From the NCBI GenBank assembly GCA_964016885.1, contig OZ024743.1, positions 279,434,001 through 279,498,000 on the forward strand: a stretch of DNA of 64,000 bases, written 5' to 3'. The position numbers and the translations under genes were made by a program. Below the pieces are notes generated by a model. It saw nothing but the letters and a program-made list of their open reading frames with translations. It made no database searches and was not told the DNA's origin. Shown here one piece after another: positions 58,270-64,000 of this stretch (the stretch's first letter is position 1; every line of letters begins with the position of its first letter). This DNA comes from Eledone cirrhosa (Eukaryota).

Positions 58270-60075
58270 CTGCTATATTCCCTTATCTTTTTTAGTTTAG
58301 GTTCATTTTGTTTACCACCATCATTATCATTATTATTATTATTGGTTTTTAACAGCTTTTCATTCTAGTTTTCATAGTCCTTTGGCTACCATACCATATC
58401 TATATTATATTTTCACTATTAACACCTTATGAGTTTATATCTGATTATATATTTTATTTTATATTATTTTATTTTATTTTATTTTATTTGGATTCTTCTT
58501 TGGATAATTAACCCCCTCCACCCACCCACCCCACACACACTTGTCATTCGCACCTTCAAATATACTATAATTATATTCAATTCCCTTTTATGCTTCTTTC
58601 TATTGTATAATACAGTATATTGATTATGATTTTATGCTCCTTCGTATCCTCCATACATTTCTTTTTTCTGTCCCCATTGGCCTACCATAATTCTACTTAA
58701 AGTCCGTTTATTAGTTTACGTTATTCAACTGATACTAGAATATTTCCTTCTTTTCCAGATATTTTTATAGTGATATCTTAAACTTTGGAGTTTTTGATTA
58801 CTTAAACCATAGCTAATTTTGTATCGACTTATGTATTTTAAATACTTTCAATATTAATTAATTTAATAGGGTTTTCTAGTCATTTATCCGGGTTTGTTTC
58901 CTAAATTTGTTTACTTAACTGCATGTGACACCTAAGTAAATACTTTTGTTTTTGTTTTTCGATTTCCGGTTGATTTTATTTATATATTTATACTACCGTG
59001 CGTAGTTTTCTGTCTGTTTCTTATTCACTTATTCACAAATGTCTGTCCACCAACCACGTAATTATGTATATTATACTATGTTCAATATTTTATATTGAAA
59101 TTTTTATATCATTCCACTCTTTGTAAACGTACTACTGATCATTATTATTTACCGATTATTAAATGTACCATTATGTTATGTTAAATTTTGTAAATTCTGT
59201 AATATGTTTATATTTTTATAATTTTTGTAATGTTTGGATAATATTTATTTACACCAATTGTAGAGAAATGTGACCTCCATCTGTTTTCTTGCAATGGTTT
59301 TGATATTTTTCCAACATAATTTTTCCAACATAATTTAGTTCTGTACAATATTTTTTTCTCACCCGATCTGTAACTCTATATGATTTGTTAAGTTATATGC
59401 CATTATATTATAATATTGTTATTATAGTGTTATTGTAACATTTATATTGTTTGTGCAAATTAACCGGAGATTATCTATTATATAATTATATAGTTTATTA
59501 TATATTATATGTTTACTTTTAATCATTTCTACTTCATTTTATACTGTAAATAATATATGTATTATATTTTTATTTTTATTTTTATTTTTATTCTTATTTT
59601 TATTTTTATTCTTATTATTCTTATTATTCTTATTATTCTTATTTATATTTAAACTCTTAATAAGGGTTAGTTTGTGCTTGTATTGATGGAAATGTGTATT
59701 GATATATATGTATATATGTGTACATATGTATATATATATATGTATATTGGGCCTTTTAATATTATTATTATTATTATCATTATCAATTATATTATATTAT
59801 ATTATATTATATTATATTATATTATATTATATTATATTATATTATATTATATTATATATAGTACAATAATTCCCGCTCTATATCACCACCTTTGTTTAGC
59901 TTTAGTTTTTGCTTTGGACTATATTTGTAATATGGTTCAAAAGGTTATTCACTTCCTTAGCAATTTTTACTTGATAATTTTTACCCGATAATTTTCCTAT
60001 GCTTTAATGTATGTACACTCCATATTCTTCTGAGTTTTTGGCTTGTATTGGCCGATAGTGCTTCTTATAGCTTTA

Positions 60076-60120
60076 ATTGCCCTGATGAGTCCATAATAGG
60101 ACGAAACATTGTTGGCTAAT
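60076..60120 (+). ncRNA. Type I hammerhead in 3' pLTR
   Basis: ATTGCC-CTGATGA-GTCC ataata GGAC-GAAA-CATTG-TT-GGCTAAT. Confidence 0.8.
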
Positions 60121-60232
60121 ATAGATTTTTGATGTATTGAAGGCTTCTTTGGTTTATTTTCATAATATATATATATATATATATATAGTGACGAAACATA
60201 AGTGAATTGCATGAACACATAATCCTTTATTT

Positions 60233-60288
60233 ACTGCTATATATATTTCGATGATAGCCATTGAATGTCTATGACCTCATCAGGCAGT
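60233..60288 (-). ncRNA. Type I hammerhead in a short pLTR fragment (60187-60350)
   Basis: Near-identical to 31136-31191. Confidence 0.8.
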
Positions 60289-60346
60289 TAGTCAGTTCTT
60301 AGATATGCCAGCTCTGTGTTAACAGTGTTGATGGTATCAGAGCCTT

Positions 60347-60417
<71 letters not shown>

Positions 60418-60609
60418 TGCACTATTACATACACTCAGTTTATAGAACAATACCAAACAACATTAATGTTTGGGCGTAGTTAAATTGCATCTTACACATG
60501 TATGTTCTTTATAAACAAAGTTACATGAAATTCCCTCAATCTGTCTCTGTCTCTCAGTCTGACACACACACATACGAAATCTCTCTCTCTCTCTCTCTCT
60601 CTCTTTCAC

Positions 60610-60665
<56 letters not shown>

Positions 60666-61129
60666 AATGCACAGAGGGACTACAGGAAAAAGTTCTCTCT
60701 AAGCGAGAAACCCTATCTCTCTCTCTATATATATGATGTCCTAATTTAGTGTTTAGTTTCAAATACACAGAAGTTAAAGCCAATAGCACGTTCTATATCA
60801 CAAGAGAGATGAATTTACCGCCCACTGAACTGTTAAAGTTACCACTTTAGGGCGATAAGTTGTTATATAGAAAAGCAGTTGGGGAAAATGTTTGTGCTAG
60901 TTATTAGAAGTGTTTGCATATGTCTATATTCGAATTGTAAGGATATGAATTATAAAGTGTGACAGCAGATATGTTTGTGTTTACATATTTAAATTAAATG
61001 AAGCCATTTAAATAATATTTATAAGAGTTACGTTATATGAATTTGAAAATATTACACACACACACTTATATTCATATACATACAGACATGCATAGATATA
61101 CACACACACACACGCATAGATATTTATAA

Positions 61130-61172
<43 letters not shown>

Positions 61173-61460
61173 TAGATCCTACAGGACTCAAACTGTTTCA
61201 TTCTTTAGAAATCATCAGGAATCTGGCTGTCCAAAGTAAATGTTGTGGTATTTATATCTATTCTGCTGGTAGGAGAGGTTCGAGAGTGGGATGGGTGGAG
61301 GTCATTGGTTGAAAGAAAAGCGAATTCATTAAAAGCTAATTCTTTAAAGCTCTACTTAGCGTGACAAAGGCCAAGAGAATTCCATAAACCAGTTCAAATA
61401 TGGGGTACCTATCATTATTGTCATGTTTCTCTTAAGCCATATTTCAGGTGTAGACAGACA

Positions 61461-61628
<168 letters not shown>

Positions 61629-61636
61629 CAATATAT

Positions 61637-62195
61637 TAACAAATGGAAACTATATTTATAAAACCATATTTATTTCATTATACATATTTCAAGGGCCACC
61701 AAGTCAAACTATGGTGCGCTTTCATCAGATAAAATATAATATAGGTTAGTTTAATAAATAAATATTGACATACACTGAAAAAATGCAACCATTCTGGTTG
61801 GAATCTTTTTGTTTTCTTTTTCTTTATCTATCTCTCCCTTTCTTTTCTCCACGTTTCTCTCTCTCTCTCCATCTTTTTACTTACTCTTAACACTTTGACT
61901 TACTAAAGTAAACAAATCACTATCCTGATGGCCTCCAAAAACAACGGTCAATTTTTAAAAGGGGTACGTCAATGTCTATTTATAAAACTGTTATATATTG
62001 TATTTTGTCTGATGAAGGCATACCATAATGTAACTTGGTATCCTTGAAATATATATAATGAAATAAATATGGTTTTATAAATATAGTTTCCATTTATTAA
62101 TATCGTATATCTACTCCAAATATTTGTCGAGTGCTTTATATCAGTTATAAAAATATTTACTTGTTGTATCCCAACAATTTAAATAAAACTTTTGC
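61637..62195. mobile_element. Divergent pair of HHR-bearing pLTR fragments (HHRs 61671-61736 on -, 62001-62065 on +)
   Basis: The + copy reads TATTTTGT-CTGATGA-aggcATACCA..TGGTATcctt-GAAA-TATATA-TA-ATGAAATA; same family as 21774 and 30889. Confidence 0.75.
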
Positions 62196-62235
<40 letters not shown>

Positions 62236-62239
62236 GTGT

Positions 62240-63090
62240 GTACATATATCTAAGTAACAGCCGTACTAAGAATGGGAAATGAAATTTCGTTTCATTTTTT
62301 TCCGTTTATCGTTTTCGGTGCACCCGGCCGATTAACCCACTCGATATGCAAATTGGGCTACTCAGCCGTTAATATGCATAAGGTAAGTATATACGTTCAA
62401 CAATCTGGCAGGAAGGTATACGTGACTGACGATGGCTAATAAACTTGAAACTAGTACAGCGATTCTTTGTCAGTGTTGAACAAATGAGCAACGATGGTTG
62501 CTGGACACTACGGCTTAATACGGGATGTTTGTTTACAAACACACCGAGCATTATAATAAATGTTCGGTGAATCCATACGTACATAGATATAAGTGTGCAT
62601 GTATGTATATATATATTCATACTACTGTACGTCTGTATACATATATGTATGTACGTGTACGTACATATATTTAAGTAACAGCCGTACTAAGAGTGGGAAA
62701 TGAAATTTCGTTTCATTTTTTCCGTTTATCGTTTTCGGTGCACCCGGCCGATTAACCCACTCGATATGCAAATTGGGCTACTCAGCCGTTAATATGCATA
62801 AAGTAAGTATATACGTTCAACAATCTGGCAGGAAGGTATACGTTGCTGACGATAGCTAATAAGCTTGAAACTAGTACAGCGTTCCTTTGTCAGTGTTGAA
62901 CAAATGAGCAACGATGGTTGCTGGACACTACGTGTTAATCCGGGATGATTGTTTACAAACACACCGAGCATTATAATAAATGTTCGGTGAATCCATACGT
63001 ACATATATATATATATGTGCATGTATGTATATATATATACATACTACTGTACGTCTGTATACATATATATATGTACGTGTACATACTTAT
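62240..63090 (+). mobile_element. Tandem dimer of the 420-bp HHR family (HHRs 62420-62462 and 62840-62882)
   Basis: Lines 62401 and 62821 are in register (period 420); ACGTTG-CTGACGA-tAGCT aata AGCTt-GAAA-CTAG-TA-CAGCGT. Confidence 0.88.
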
Positions 63091-63127
63091 ATATATATAT
63101 ATATTTACATACATATATATATATATT

Positions 63128-63163
<36 letters not shown>

Positions 63164-63492
63164 GTAATTAGGAATATTCCAAAGCCTGGTAGAACAAGTT
63201 GTTTAGGAAAGTTATCAACATACGTTAAGGTGACTCGACAGGTTGGTAGGGATTCTGTGGTGGAAACACGAACAAACGAGGAGTGTAATCAAAAAAGAGA
63301 AATAGGAGGAAGGTAAAACAGTTACAAAAGGATTTAATCCACGTATTAACAATTGTTTCATCAGAATTTCAGTCCATTTTTGCTACACTATGTCATAATA
63401 GGCAATCAGAAAGATACTGTGACATCCGAATTTTCAAAATACAAACTTGAAATGACCTTAGGAAAAGAAATATGGGGTAGTAGTGTAAAATA

Positions 63493-63547
<55 letters not shown>

Positions 63548-63553
63548 GTGTGT

Positions 63554-63586
<33 letters not shown>

Positions 63587-63661
63587 ATATATATACATAA
63601 TTGAAATGATTACAAAGGAGAATATACATGTTTATATAAAGCACCTACGTATCTCTGCGGC

Positions 63662-64000
63662 GTGCGGGGTGATAATGATACCACCCCGCACGCCATAGGA
63701 TATAATAGTACTAACGACCGAGATAGAGGCGTAGATAACAACATAGGTAGCAATAGTACTAGCTTTACTTCAGGAACTAAGAGAGACGGCGACCGAAAAT
63801 GTAACTGTCGTGATAGGGGAAGCTGCCCGCTCAGGGGAAATAGCCTGACTGATAATGTTATTTAGAGGTGCACCATAACTAGCCATAATAGCGTTAAGCA
63901 CTATATAGGGGCCAACTCTGGCCCGTTCAAAACTACATTTCGGCACATCTCCACTCTTTTGAGAAACAAAATATAAGACCCTCCACGTCACTTGCCAATT
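63662..64000 (+). pseudogene. Penelope-like (Naiad-like) GIY-YIG fragment running off the window
   Basis: RKCNCRDRGSCPLRGNSLTDNVI*RCTITSHNSVKHYIGANSGPFKT...STSLAN, with one in-frame TAG where Tyr is expected. Confidence 0.8.

Larger units (their letters stand above)
56361..60166 (+). mobile_element. Penelope-like retroelement (Naiad-like), 5'-truncated with inverted 3'-end copy
   Basis: About 900-bp inverted repeats (56460-57383 with 59282-60166), each with an HHR, flank a GIY-YIG ORF and a long AT-rich UTR; embedded in (TA)n. Confidence 0.9.

Noticed and set aside
63345-63375. Minus-strand ATT-CTGAT-GAAA-CAATTG-TT-AAT
   Set aside because: Stem II and part of the core are absent; at best a deleted relic.

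Overview
AT-rich, microsatellite-saturated metazoan DNA with no host protein-coding gene I can support. The SINE family and (TA)n/(CA)n load suggest an octopus/coleoid genome (inference). Nearly all short ORFs in the track are translations of microsatellites. Real content is mobile DNA: two tandem 5'-truncated Tx1/L1-clade LINEs in (CTAT)n, a decayed HERO-like LINE, an RTE fragment, a non-autonomous Helitron, tRNA-derived SINEs and several Penelope-like (PLE, Naiad-like GIY-YIG) fragments. The standout is a 6.4-kb array (1800-8225) of a 311-bp unit. Each unit carries a minimal type I hammerhead ribozyme (HHR), and the array is arranged as a spacer-less 5.8-kb mirror centred at 5309|5310 (11 HHRs on -, 9 on +). 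About 15 further convincing HHRs and several decayed ones, from roughly 8 families, lie elsewhere, mostly in small fold-back elements within (TA)n. Most families have their own palindromic stem III. Together this looks like a PLE-driven ecosystem of retrozyme-like, probably circular-RNA-templated elements. All structures were read by eye; nothing was folded or searched computationally.
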